Origin: Paraphysomonas bandaiensis
Taxonomy: Eukaryota > Protista > Chrysophyceae
Assembly (NCBI GenBank): GCA_965644295.1
Contig: CBFFRP010000413.1
Span: 1 to 64,000, forward strand
Length of the DNA stretch: 64,000 nucleotides
Direction: 5' to 3'
The notes beneath the pieces were generated by a model. The model was given only the letters and a program-made list of their open reading frames with translations, searched no databases and was not told the origin of the DNA. The translations under genes were made by a program, and so were the position numbers. Below, in pieces: positions 1 to 12,739 of the stretch; positions within the stretch are counted from its first letter, which is position 1, and every line of letters starts with the position of its first letter.

Positions 1-2526
1 AAACCGTAAGTGTCTTACAACCCATTTTGACAACTGAATCTGAAAATGATATGCACATCATCCATGTATTTGTGCACCAAACTCTACTTTGACATATCTT
101 ATTTTGTACAATAATTGTAATTCATCCTCTCGATTTTAGAACGAAACAATATTTGATTAATGAAAATATCACCGGACCAATCAATAACCACCCCAATCAA
201 AACATCATTCATCTCATTCTGAATATATACGAACATAGTGCACTGGTCTTATATTTCAGTAACCATACGTAACGATTTCCCTCAGATACAACATTATAAT
301 ATTGTAAACAATAGAATGATCCACTCAACGCAATCTCATTGAAAAGAATCCAACAATAGAAATATCAACTGAAATAACAACAAGCTCGCAAAGTAATAAC
401 TCCCATTTTTTAGTCTCGAAGTTAACCATCACTAGCATATATAATTCTTTCGCATGCAATAGTATTATCAACACCATACCTCCAAATGTAGTGACACTTA
501 ACCATCGATCTCATACCCGATGCATAATACAGTCAAACAATTGAAAAATACCAGCGACAAAGTTTTCAAAATTTCATTGACATGTTGTATCACTGAACCA
601 TATTCACTTCAACGTAACAGAAACTTCAATTTTCGAACAACTTTCAATCAACAACTAACCATGAATTTAAAGACAAGTTAATTCGTTGCATTTATGGATA
701 CCATATATATTCAAATTCAATCCCATTGCAGATCCAAAAAAAAACTGAGTAACCATTTTATAAACATCATAGAGATAATGAATATCTCAACTCCTTCCTG
801 TTTCATTCATTCTCTTTAATATAAGAAATGCAAGCACACTGAAAACATATTGCTCCAGATATACTTTCCTCATGCTGACAAGTACAACATCAAAATTTAC
901 ATTCTGTTCACATAGAGGCAATCGCGTTCATTAAAAACTGTTTACTTCCTCTGAAATTAAACTTTCGTAATATGAATCATATAGTATTGCAAAACTTATC
1001 CAAACCATACATGACCCTTGCAAAACTATAACAATAATTGCTTGCCATTGATGTTGAAACCATACCATTGATATTGAACAACTCTTTGCAGACTTTTTTA
1101 CCAATCTCAGACAATACTGTCATTCATTGAAACTTGATAAATTCACTGAAACCCATTCTTATACATTGAACTTAAAACCGAATTATTCTCTCGTAAGTAG
1201 TCAGTCTATATATCACACAGGACTATTGAAGCATAATTTTAACTAGACATTACTGAAATATGAGATCACACTTCTCAAAAACTCAGAACTCTCATATTGT
1301 AACTCCTATCACAACGGTAAGGCTCACAACAACCTCAATCCATTCCGAAATAAAATGGAATAAAACCATGATAAATATTGCATCATCATAAATAATAAGA
1401 TGAACTTTGAAACAAAAGACACTTGCTGGATTTGGAATTGAACTTACTGAATTGATGGCGGCCCTGGCCCATGCTCCGCAATAAACACAAGATTTGAAAG
1501 CAATAAACTCAAACTCTTGTTCAACGTAAGAAACTGAAAAACGTAACAAGCTGCATCTTGCTTTATCAGCATAAACAAGGAATATTCAAACACCGAATAA
1601 TTGAACACTGAAAAAGGTACGACTGACATGCGCTCGATTACATCTGTAGCATCATTGGCAGTAGTCTCTTTTCCAAAGGAATTTGGAATTACCATTTCAG
1701 GATCAATGGCAACATGCTGCATAACAACTTGAGAATTATCAACAAAAATCTCAGCCTCGAATGACTCTGACTGAACGTCCTGCTGCTCAACAAATTCCAA
1801 CATATCATTGACAACATTCTGCACAATACAGTTCTCATCGGTTCTGTTCTGAAGTAGATCTGAATTAACTGGAATCGCTCGTCTTGAGGAACGTCGAGAC
1901 TCCAACTGCTGCAATCTTTGTTCGAACATTTCGAAATGAAGATCGATGGACTCAAAACGCTTGTTCAGCTGCTCTTGTTGTTCAGCAAACCGCTGCTTTT
2001 GTTGAGCAAACTGTTCATTTTGTTCAGCAAACCGCTGCTGAAGGAACTCCATAATCTTTGAAACCTCTTCTTCCGAACTCATAGTCGACAATAATATAAA
2101 TAAACAATGTTTCTTTCTATCCGACTAAAGTATTAATACTGTAATCTTTCTGATGAGAAAGACCGTGTTTACAACGTTTTATTAATTTAAAGTGCTTCCC
2201 AAACCGAGAATACACTGTCCAGAACACCAAACCGGTGAAACTGCCTCCTAACACAAGCAAACCGCGAGTATAGAATGAATTAAATTACGTTAAAACGTGT
2301 AAAGAAAAAAGTGAAATCATACAACACTCTATCTTGCTGTGAATCATCTACAGTTTACAGTATCATACTTGTACATATACGGGACTTATATCCCTTCAAG
2401 AATACAGTAACCGCAATGTATACTAAATAAACTGAAAATGAAAGTACAACAGCATGCTACCTAGAGTACCGCAGTATAACACCGTATAACTCCACGTATA
2501 ACAGTAACTACAGGTATGCGTGACAC
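1..2526 (-). mobile_element. Probable LTR retroelement (5' part; likely non-autonomous or degenerate), runs off the window start
   Basis: The minus strand begins TGTCAC at 2526, exactly where a copia integrase relic is cut. A PBS-like TGGTGTTCTGG (2229-2219) is followed by a coiled-coil gag-like ORF. The second LTR is not in the window. Confidence 0.5.
1444..2091 (-). CDS. Gag-like coiled-coil protein of the retroelement
   Basis: Intronless 215-aa ORF with Q/E-rich heptads (QQRFAEQNEQFAQQKQRFAEQQEQL), just downstream of the putative LTR/PBS; no catalytic motifs. Confidence 0.4.
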   Translation of the reverse strand: MSTMSSEEEVSKIMEFLQQRFAEQNEQFAQQKQRFAEQQEQLNKRFESIDLHFEMFEQRLQQLESRRSSRRAIPVNSDLLQNRTDENCIVQNVVNDMLEFVEQQDVQSESFEAEIFVDNSQVVMQHVAIDPEMVIPNSFGKETTANDATDVIERMSVVPFSVFNYSVFEYSLFMLIKQDAACYVFQFLTLNKSLSLLLSNLVFIAEHGPGPPSIQ

Positions 2527-2790
2527 CTTCAATCCATCGGAGTCACCTGGACATTCAATTCTCCCAACACCCCCGAGGATATTCCATTTCAAGAACGACC
2601 ATGGCGGGCTATTAAAGAATTAAGCAGCCTCTAATGGATTCTGGACATCTTTCTGGGAACAAGAGCTATATATATGTAACACACACAGATTACCGTGTCA
2701 AACAGTGAAAGGATATATGAGGTGCCAAGTTTGAGATATATGCTAGAATCTGGGTATGCAAAAGTTTTGTTATTATTGTAGACTCCAGTA
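2527..2790 (+). pseudogene. Degenerate Ty1/copia integrase fragment, related to the intact element at 50853-56587
   Basis: Translates as LQSIGVTWTFNSPNTPEDIPFQERPWR...ARIWVCKSFVIIVDSS, versus LQSIGATWTFNSPYTPEDNPFQERSWR...ARIWGCKCFVNIDSS in the intact ORF; contains stops and frameshifts. Confidence 0.85.
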
Positions 2791-2946
2791 TTCTATATTA
2801 TATATGCAAACGTGGGAATTTTACGATATTTTGGGAAATTTAGGAGTATTTACAGCATTTACAGTTCGTTCTCTCATAACTAACTGCTCCTAATATCAGC
2901 AAGTATATTTCTAGAACTAGACATAAGTCTTATAGTAAGCATATGC

Positions 2947-3215
2947 ACTACACTAGTGAAATGGAGGCAGTTCATATGAAAGTCTATATATGGCAGTTCA
3001 TATGACAGTTAATTGTTCGTTGATCCGACAGTGAACCGTCTGACGATATGCACTGAGCAAAAAATATCTGAACTGCCACATGCACTGCCACATGAACAGA
3101 CGCCGTAAAAAATATTTTCATAGCTCTGTTGGATGAACTGTCATGTGAACCATTCATTTTTGGCGCTTTTCATGCACTGTCGGATGAACGGTCATATGAA
3201 CCACACTTTTCAGAT
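2947..3215. repeat. Array of short direct and inverted motifs (GTTCATATGA / TCATATGAAC), probably a DNA-transposon subterminal region (CACTA-like start)
   Basis: Starts CACTACACTAGTG; motif variants occur in both orientations. Confidence 0.4.
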
Positions 3216-3219
3216 TAAC

Positions 3220-4760
3220 TGACAATAATCGGATTACTAGAGGTTCTAAGCAAACTGATGACGCGCATCATCACGCACCGCCTTCTCCAAATCTGGGAAG
3301 ACCACGATGTCCTACACCCGGCGCAACATGGCTACCGGTGGCGACATGGCACAGACACTGCCATCCTTCGAGTACTGGCGGCCACTGAACTGGCCAAACT
3401 CACCGGACACGCTAAAACTCTGCACCTCTCGGGACTTCCAGAAAGCCTTTGCACGCGAGGCTCAGGGTTCCGGAAGACATATATAATGGCTAACGGGGGT
3501 CGCACCTACATCTGGACTCCACACATGGCTGACCATATCGACCCCTAATTCTAGAGGAATTAAATCAATCCGACGGATCCTTCCTTCCTCAGGCACCCCT
3601 AGTTTCCTCACTCACAGAGGAGTTACACATGGTGGAATAGAATCCGTCTACTCCCAGGATTCCCCACAGCCCTCATCTACCTCCCCGCGAAATACAAAGG
3701 ACTTGGCTTGCGCAAGTACTCCACCTGTACCCAGACCCAAAAGTGGCACACACTGCAAAGGGCCATCACCTTTGGGGGGGGACCCAAGCGAGGCGCTATG
3801 TCCATCTTACAACGTCGCGACCACAACCACCCTAACATTGACTTTTACATCACTAGCCTGATCGAATGGGGGCTCGCTGTACAGGACACGCAGCGGCACC
3901 AAGACCAATAATTCCCCCAAATGCCATGTCTGGGACAAATCCTCTACGCGATATGCAGAAATCGAGCCAAGGGTCACAACAGCAGCTATATGTACAGATT
4001 GCGACCACACTTCAGACCACGTGGCGCACATGCTTCTACAATGCGCACAACCTGAGATCGCCCAAATACGTGAACACGCCTTCCATAATAAACTCAACTT
4101 GACAAACTCCCCTGGCTCCATAACGTCCTAACTAGACTGGCGAGAGATGCATGGGATTCTACCACACCCCAAGTTGAGAGATACTGGACCGGACAGCTCA
4201 CTGCTTCACAACTGGCAAACGCTTTCGCCAGCAACATTTCCACCTCACTACTCGAACACCAATTCCACAAGCTCGAAAAATCCGTCACCAAGATTCTGCT
4301 CCCTCTCTACAATGGAGGGATAAACATGCTCAAAACCAGAGGCCGCAGATATCACAACATCGACGCGACAACATCGACGACGCCACCTTCGACTCCTGCC
4401 AGCTCACAACCACACCGTACACACTCTATTACCAACCCGACAATCCTCCAAGCCACTCCTAGAGCCGCGCCCTCCACGAGACCTCGCTCTCAACGCAGGC
4501 CTGCCAACCCGATGAGGAAGCAAACGATCCTCACCACCGAAAGAATCCCAGACATATGTAAGAATCAGATCTTTAATATATTCTTGCTTAGTAGAGGTTT
4601 TCATCCAAACGGGGAAGGTGCTAGTCTAGCGCTAGTCACTAGGAAGAAGTGTGCAAGGTAGTTGTATTTTACACACTATAGAGGGAAGACATTGGAGTCA
4701 TGTTATGATTAGTGTTGCGCTAGGTGTAATGTTGGTCGCAGGCATTCAATAATAAAACTT
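3220..4760 (+). mobile_element. Degenerate non-LTR retrotransposon (LINE) with RT remnant and C-terminal CCHC knuckle
   Basis: IGLLEVLSKLMTRIITHRL...LHPAQHGYRWRHGTDTAI (RT subdomains 1-2); CTDCDHTSDHVAHMLLQC knuckle near 3990-4045; many frameshifts; ends near AATAATAAAAC. Confidence 0.8.
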
Positions 4761-6406
4761 CAGTCGTGAGTAGTGCTCATGATTGGCAATATGCGTGTAA
4801 GAGTCAGAATATGTAGCGAGAATAATCACAATTTAACTAAGGTTGTGTCCAAAACTTTTTGGGTAGAAAGGAAATGTAGCGTTTTTTTCCTAATTACCCA
4901 AAAAGAGGTGCTGCTAAATCTTGAAAGGTAAATGGAAGAGGGGTAAATCCCATATATGGGTATATAGCGTAGAACAAGGAAGTCCTTGCTTTTTCTTGAA
5001 GATCTTTTTCGTAGTTGTGAGGCTCGGTGGTTGCGTATCCAATAGCAATGTTCTTCACAAATTTTAGAATGGTTAACTACATCCAATTGAGTTGGAGTGT
5101 TGAGTTCTGCAATATGATGTGATATATATTGTGCAATTGAAGTGAGTTAACAGTGTGCAATACGTAAAGTCAACTCATAGGTGTAACGGGTGATTATAGT
5201 TACAAAGGAATTAAATTCAGTTACTGATGTGTGACTATACAAGATATAGAACTGACTGATGAACATATGATAAACAGATGTTGCTAAGAACAGATGTTTC
5301 AACATATGTTACACGAATATGTAGTGAAGTGTTCAGAATAATCATAATTTCTTACTTGAAAGTGCGTTGTATTCAACAGAGCAAGGTTAAGGTTTACGTG
5401 TAGAGCAAAGTTAACTTCAGTGAAATGTCCAATTCGAACATATTGAAATATATTTAATCATTATTATTGGCCTTGAAAGTATTATTATTTTTACTTTTGC
5501 TGGCAATATATTGTTGACTGGCCCTGCTAAAATTATTCTGAAGGTCCTTCTTACGGTATCAATCATAGAAGCGTATTGTACCTCAACATTTAATACAAAA
5601 ATTAAATATGTCTACAGCTTCTGGCTAACTACAAACAACTTTTCGTGTGTGAACGTCGTATTATAAGCAGTAGGCGTCGAGAACCAACACCAGAGAAGTA
5701 GTTAGATGAAGACTAGTGTAATAACCAGCCATATCTGGTTATTTTATGCTACATGAGCTCTCTATTGTATATGCTTAACTTTGTACATACTATATGTGCA
5801 ACATAGGTTGAATATTATTATTATTACCATATCTCACATTAAGCTATAAGATATATTATGAATATGACAATTCATGCTTATCATTGATACTTATATATCT
5901 ATTCAAAAGACAAAGAAAGACAGGATTACCAATTATGAAGTTCAATGATGAAGATATTATGATTGATGATTTATATGTATATGTTCTTATTATATATATA
6001 TATTAATGCTTAAGGCTGGAGAAGTTTACTGGAGAATTCCGGGTTTGATATCCACGCTGATAGACGTGTATTGCCAGATTATCCAGTAATACAGTTGTAC
6101 TTATGTATTTCATTAGGTACGTATTGTTTATTGAACTGTACTTGGAAGTACGTATACAAGGCTTCAACTACAATGAGAATACTGAATGTATCTTCCCTTA
6201 TGCATTGATGATGAATCAGTTGTGATCAGGCTGAGCTATTAGTGATGTGTATGGATGAAGGTCATTCCTGGAGGCCTTCCTCTGGCCTGGGAATCATATG
6301 TATATATTGATTGTTGATAATAAGATGCAATTTCTGTACTTTGGAAGTTGCTTGTAGATAGTATTGTAGTTGTAGTCATATTCATTGTTAGTTATCTATT
6401 AGTACC

Positions 6407-6592
6407 ATGGAGGGAGAGCCTAAAATGGAGGTTCATGACTCTAGTCTGTTTCATTTAACTCTGAGAAGGATCAGAGCAATGATTATTGAAGAACAACAGT
6501 CGATATCGAGTGCTGATGAGCAGCGCGTCAGAGATATTGGACTCGTTATTGGTTTAGTTGAGCCAGGGTCAGAGACGCTGGTATCACACTAG
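6407..6592 (+). CDS. Small 61-aa ORF with a diverged second copy at about 36247-36425
   Basis: EQRVRDIGLVIGLVEPGSETLVSH* versus EEYVRSIGLVVGLNDADIDILILH*; about 100 nt upstream is also shared. Confidence 0.4.
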   Translation: MEGEPKMEVHDSSLFHLTLRRIRAMIIEEQQSISSADEQRVRDIGLVIGLVEPGSETLVSH

Positions 6593-6594
6593 TC

Positions 6595-6980
6595 AAGCTA
6601 GACCGACCTCTACATGTAACTACCTAGGACAAATTCTCATATCCTACTATGTAACGCTACAAAAGCTGCAAGCACCAAGGTGCAACCATTTCCGTTCTTG
6701 TATGTGAGGGAGAGGCTCTCTGTGGAGTTAGTCCTTGAAATACAGAAAGATCAGTCAGGGGGACACCCCTTAGGGTAAGGGGTAAGGCTCCTCAGATCTT
6801 TGTGGAGGAGAATTGTGTATCCATGAGTCAAGTGTTCTTAACCTAAGATACATGGACGAGGGGGGGGGTGTTGAGGCCCCTGCGTGTCATTGAACGGCTC
6901 CAGCGGCTTGGGCCTGAGGCAGAGGGGTAGCTGAGCATGGGGTGGTGGAAGAGGAAGACGACCGGATGGTAGACGGGCTA
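6595..6980 (-). mobile_element. Retroposon 3'-end fragment (SINE/LINE tail family)
   Basis: Contains the core ATCCTACTAT..AACGCTAC..AAGCTGC..AAGCACCAAGGTGC shared with the other copies. Confidence 0.6.
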
Positions 6981-8398
6981 TACCAATTTATCAGTCTAAA
7001 CACATTTGATGATGCCCGTCTACACCAATTTATCAGTCTAAACACATTTGATGATGATAACTTATCATCAATCCCTTCAGGACAAATAGAAAACCTAAAG
7101 TACAACTGCATTTCTGGATAATTCGGTAAACTAGCCTAGATATAAAACCCGGAATTCTCCAGCCTTGCGTATCATTAAAATGTCCTGTAAATATCACCAA
7201 TCATAGTTCTCATCATTCTGTTATCTCATTGTCTGTTTCAGTTAAATCATTGCATATTTCAATAGAAAGCTTATCATATAATAGTCATGTTATTCAGTAG
7301 ATATTGATCCATAGAGTCGATATTCATAATAACTGTATCCTTTCAACATGGAATATGTACAACATAAGCATTTATGATAGAGAGCTCGTAGTATAAAATA
7401 ACCCGGTAGCTGGTTATTAAAGTATAGTTCCCCTTGTCGCGTCAGTACACTTTTAATGAATAAATGGTAATAACGACGTGTTAGAGGGCGTTGAAAGAAC
7501 ATAATACAAACTACAAGTGCATAGAACAGACATTTACTACCAGACCTTTCCATCCAATTTAGACTGATAGCGGAGTGATATACCTTCGAAAATATGTCAC
7601 ATTAAATCATTATTAGTCATGGTAGACACGATTCCTATTATAACGAAGTGCGATTATTTGCGATGACAATGATTTAAATGAATCAGTGACAGCACGTCAT
7701 TCCATTTAATTCATTCTATTACCACAACACATATGGGATACTGCTTCGTCAAGCACATCAGTGATTTCAATTCATCAACTGAAGTCACGTCATTTCGCCT
7801 GCACAGAATAAATCGCCACTTCAAGGTATTCCTCTATAATAATAGAAGAACGTTTATCTTCCTCATCGTGGGGTGTATCCAGCGTGTTCCCTGTAGCTGT
7901 AGCCAAGTCGCCGGGGGTCAGCCTCATGTCATGAGCGGCGCCCTAAATGTGACCTCTTCTCCTCCTCACTCGAGAACAAGTACATGCAGCACTTGAACGG
8001 AAAAGTCAGTATATCAATAATTAGTCAACACATTTTATCGAAATGTAGACGTGGTAATGAACTTATCACTGGGCTCCATCTCGTCCATCTCCAACCAACT
8101 TCTTGCTTTACTTTGGTACTCTTCTTCCTCCTCCTGCTGCTGCTGGTGCTGTTTCAATACACAGAGAAGTAGTAGGCACAGTATTCCGCGGTATTCATAA
8201 TTCCATTTTGATTCATTCCTAAAGCGAATATCCGAATGCACTATGCACAGGACAGTGCCAGAGTTGCATGCGATGCGATATGTGTTGTATTTGATGACCT
8301 CGGCCTTGTAGAGCTGTGTCGTTTGTTTGCTTTACGATTAACATCAATTGTACCTGATTCCTGCAATTCGAATGGGTAGTTTTAATAGCAATTTGCGA

Positions 8399-11300
8399 AT
8401 GTACTCCCGAGTGGAGAGTGATGACAAGGGTGAGGTAAAATCCGTGGACGATATGCCGAAAGAGAAGGCTTCAGTGTTTGACTTGGCTATAGTATCTAAA
8501 CCTTATTTTTGGCCTAGTACAGGGTCAGATAGTGCGATTGTGAATAGATGCCGCAGCTCACTGACTTGGGTTATGGTGTCGCTTTCGAAAACTTGTAGTT
8601 TAGTAGCCCCTATATATCTGTCTCGGTCCACGAATTCACTTGCTAATGGACATATATACCAGACCGGAATCAATATATTACTGTATTGCTGCTTTAGATT
8701 TGCTTCTTCATTCTTTAAAGGTATGGATAGAATGGCAGAACTTGTGGCTGCAGCGCAGCTGATATATCTTTTTGTAGAAATGCAGTCGGTTGTTTACTTA
8801 AAAGTGAAGCAGCAAGTATGAATTTAGTTTGCTATATTATGTTAAGATTGAGTATTTAATACGTCGTTTGTTTTCAAGGCAAACATTCAATTAGCTGAAT
8901 TAGCGTTCACCCATATACACTCATTATCTCTAAATTGGCATTTGAGTAAGAAAATGGGTAATGTTATTCGCTCCATGGACAGAGGAACAAGTGCAGCGGA
9001 TACTCTGGCAAGTACAGTGCATTGTAATCCGTAAATTGTCCTTGACAGAACTTTATTTACATGATCCGATAGATAACGTATTTATTCCTCTACCTCTTGC
9101 CTGCTCTGGCTGAGTGCATAGCGGTGTGTTTTGTGTTTCTATTTAAGTTCAGCGAGTGGAAACTCTCCATAACTGCACTTGGAGGAGTAGTACTGTATGC
9201 TACTGTTACGATCCTTATAACAATGTGGCGGAAGAAATTCAGGTTGTTAGACCTGTCTATTCCTACTTCATTTGCCGATATATTAGATATTGCTATTTAT
9301 ATACCCTTGCGAACTCCTTTACGTATTAATTCGTCATTCGTTCTTTATACGGTGTGTATAGGGAGGCGACGAATAGGCATGATAACGACTATCACGATAA
9401 GGCAACTGACAGTATTGTAAACTATGAGGTTAGTGTTGATATTTTTTGTTTTTGTTGGATGTGTGCCTTCATCTCGTATATGAATTCAGACCGTGAAGTA
9501 CTTTAATGGAGAGAGCTATGAAATAAACAGGTGTTCAATATAGCTATCCAAATCATGTGTACACGTGTACACAATCTCTGATGAATTGAGAGGAAGTGTG
9601 TATACCGTCATGTTAATGCTACGCATTTTAGGTTTAAGTCTATGGTTTCTGCGTACCAAAAATTCAACCTGAAAACGGTTTCCACGATGAATTTGTTGAA
9701 CGTTATTCAGCAACTAATCATATCTGTGACAATGTGTGGTGCTATGCTAATTTCTGCACGGAGTGTTTTGAGAGGCAGAATGACCATCGGAGGTAAGCTG
9801 CCACAGTCTTTCTCCTTATTTTGAGATAGGTACAACAATTCCATAGCAATTCTCTCTGGAAGTGATAATTGCTATATTGAGTGTGTCTACAAGCATGCTG
9901 TCGTGCAAACTATATAGCGTAGTTTTAAATATCGTACAGATTTTATAGCTGTCAATGCGTATACGATGGGCATGTTCGCACCTCTCAGCTTTCTCGGGTC
10001 CATTTACAACGCCATCATTCAAGCCTTAGTAGACGTGAAGCACTTGTTGAATTTACTGACGGAAGAGCCTGATGTACTGGACATCCCTGGGGCTATAGAT
10101 ATTCCCGTATATACTGGCCCATGCACGTATCCGTTTCAGGATACTCAGACAGGTAAATAAAGTACATCGAAATGACCCTTTGAATTATTAGATATTTTTT
10201 TAGCTACGAAACGGAGTGTGGCATTGCAATGTGCAACGTGTCATAAAGCTCTCTACAAGGAGTGGGTATGTTGTCCATATTGTGGCCAAGAAATCTACTC
10301 CGGCCTGGAACTAACTGACACACATTCTGAGTTAAACGTTCTTCATGTAAAGTCTGTTGTTCCCTATACCTCGAAAGGTGTTCCTGTGGAGTTCAGTGGT
10401 GAGGGTTACTATAACTGCATATTTACTGTGCTTGGTTAATGCGTGAGTTTGCCGTCCACAGCTCCAGTTATCTTGTATCTCGATGTATCAAATATTTTGA
10501 TGATGTATTGTATGTGTGACAGACGTATTTTTTCACTACCCAGCCCAGCCAATAGATAAAGGGTTGAAGAATGTGTCTTTTTATGTTGCTCCTGGCACAA
10601 CTACAGGTGACATGATATAAAGTGAATGTCAAGGATGGAATCCTCAAGCTCTTTGTGGCATTTTTGTGTGACCATGTGTATTGTTGGTGCTTCGGTGACC
10701 TCACTTTTGCTAATTCTGTACTTCACAGCTATAGTGGGACACAGTGGAAGTGGTAAAACCACTATATCCCGCCTTCTTTTTAGGTTCTACGATCCGCAGC
10801 GGGGGTGTGTAAAAATAGGGGGTTATGATATTCGACAATACACTCAAAAGAGTATCAGAGGATGCTTGGGAATAGTTCCGCAAGACACGGTGGGGAATGC
10901 TTATTTGTTGACCTGAAGGGTCCAGTTCATGCACTTATTGTGTTTCTCATTGATTCAACAGGTGCTTTTTAACGACACTATACTTCATAACGTGAGGTAG
11001 CATTTCGAGTTTTGCAGTTTTAAATATTACCGTTCAATATGATAGGTATGGTAACATGAATGCCACCATGGACCAAATTGATGCAGCAGCTGAAGCGGCC
11101 CAGATAAAGCAATTCATTATCAATCTTCCTGATAAATGGGAAACTCAGGTTGTCTGAGTGAGGGTGGATACCTACATCTTTTTTTCTGTTTTTTCCTTGT
11201 AGGACAAGAGATAACATATGTGTTATATGTAAAGGTTGGAGAGAGAGGATTAAAGCTGTCGGGGGGAGAGAAACAACGCGTTGCTATTGCCCGCTGCCTG

Positions 11301-11894
11301 GTGAGAATTTGAAGGGTGTAGTAGTGTTATCTTTACGCCAGACGCTACACTTCTGAAAAGCGCAAGACTTATATTTTTGACAAGAAGTGAATCAATATCC
11401 ATATCTCTGTAATTTTCTCGTACATACAGTTGTGAAACAGCGTGGATATTATATAGTATGTGTTTAGGTTGTGGATTGATTTTCTGCGCACCTTTTACGA
11501 AATATACCTTCTCCAAATGAATATCTGCCAATACTTGTATTTAACAATTTTTTTACAGCTAAAGAATCCACCGGTTGTGGTTCTCGATGAAGCAACCTCT
11601 GCTCTAGACACCATTACAGAACTTTCTGTTCAGGAGGCCCTTAACACTCTCGGTCAACACCGCACAGTAATTGTTATTGCGCACCGATTGTCAACTATCA
11701 TGAATGCTGATCAGATCGTTGTCATGGACGAAGGGGCTATTGTTGAAAAAGGAACTCATGAAGACTTGTTGCAGATTAGTAATGGACTGTATGCCTCTTT
11801 ATGGCAGCGGCAGTTTAAGTCAGATAGTCCGGAAATCGTATCGACACGAGTAGAGCGAATGGATAAAGTGGGTATTGCGGAACTGTCGCATTGA
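8399..11894 (+). CDS. ABC half-transporter, subfamily B, HMT1/ABCB6/ATM1-like (15 exons)
   Basis: Spliced translation gives [54 protein letters not shown], Walker [23 protein letters not shown], signature [13 protein letters not shown], Walker [12 protein letters not shown] and IAHRLST. 14 frame-preserving introns. The start could alternatively be the ATG at 8372. Confidence 0.93.
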
Positions 11895-12739
11895 TAGTTG
11901 TCTTGGTACCAAATCACCGCTCTTGAAAGTATGATTCAGTACTTTAAAATAAATTCAGAAGTGCATTTATTTGAAGTATGAAACCCTTTATGCATGATAT
12001 ACTCACTGTATTCATGCGGACTAAACAGTACTGCATCGAGTACAGACACATAACAATACTACAGTTGTGCCTTTGTAGCAGGAATGAAAGGTGACAAAAC
12101 CAGGGGAGATTTAATCCCTTTATTGACTGACCATTTCTTATCTTCCATGTGCACAGGCGACAGTGGATAGGAAATAGCACAAATACATTCGTGCAACATC
12201 TGTAACTGATTTCTCTTCAATCTATTCATATCTGTGCACCTATTTCCACATATAGCTAATACTTGAAACAGTTTCCCAGCCATAATTAGCTAATTTTTAC
12301 CATATACTATGTATTGGATGTCCAGTCTTCAATTTTTCCAACATTTAATTGTAGTACTCCGCTCTCCACTCTATCTAGCAGCATACAGAGATATACATAC
12401 TTTCATACTCGCTCCAGATACCCTCCTGGTCCTGTAGCTTCCATCAAGTCGGGGTAATACCAAAACCTGGTGTAATGTGTAGTTAATAGAACCTGGTTAA
12501 ATTTTGATGGCGGTCTGAATACGGTATAACTATAGACTACTCAGGCATACTTACACACAACATCAAACAACAAGCACACACATACATATATCCATGACCA
12601 CAGATACAGCAACATGTCACCCATACATTCCCTGCAATGTGGATGTATAATATAAATAATGCTCAGACATCCAAGGAAGTTTAAGCCCTATATCACTGTG
12701 GCTGGCGGCACACAGTAATGGTCGGCGGTCACTGCGTAT

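Larger units (their letters stand above)
6011..7167. mobile_element. TIR-bounded non-autonomous DNA element carrying a small ORF and a nested retroposon tail
   Basis: Left AAGGCTGGAGAA...CTGGAGAATTCCGGGTTT and right AAAACCCGGAATTCTCCAGCCTT form an inverted repeat; no clear TSD. Confidence 0.6.

Noticed and set aside
6978-7058. Tandem duplication of about 42 bp
   Set aside because: Simple local duplication within TE debris.
7733-8345. Upstream ORFs as an N-terminal TMD0 extension of the ABC transporter
   Set aside because: I could not find a frame-consistent splice path; left unresolved.
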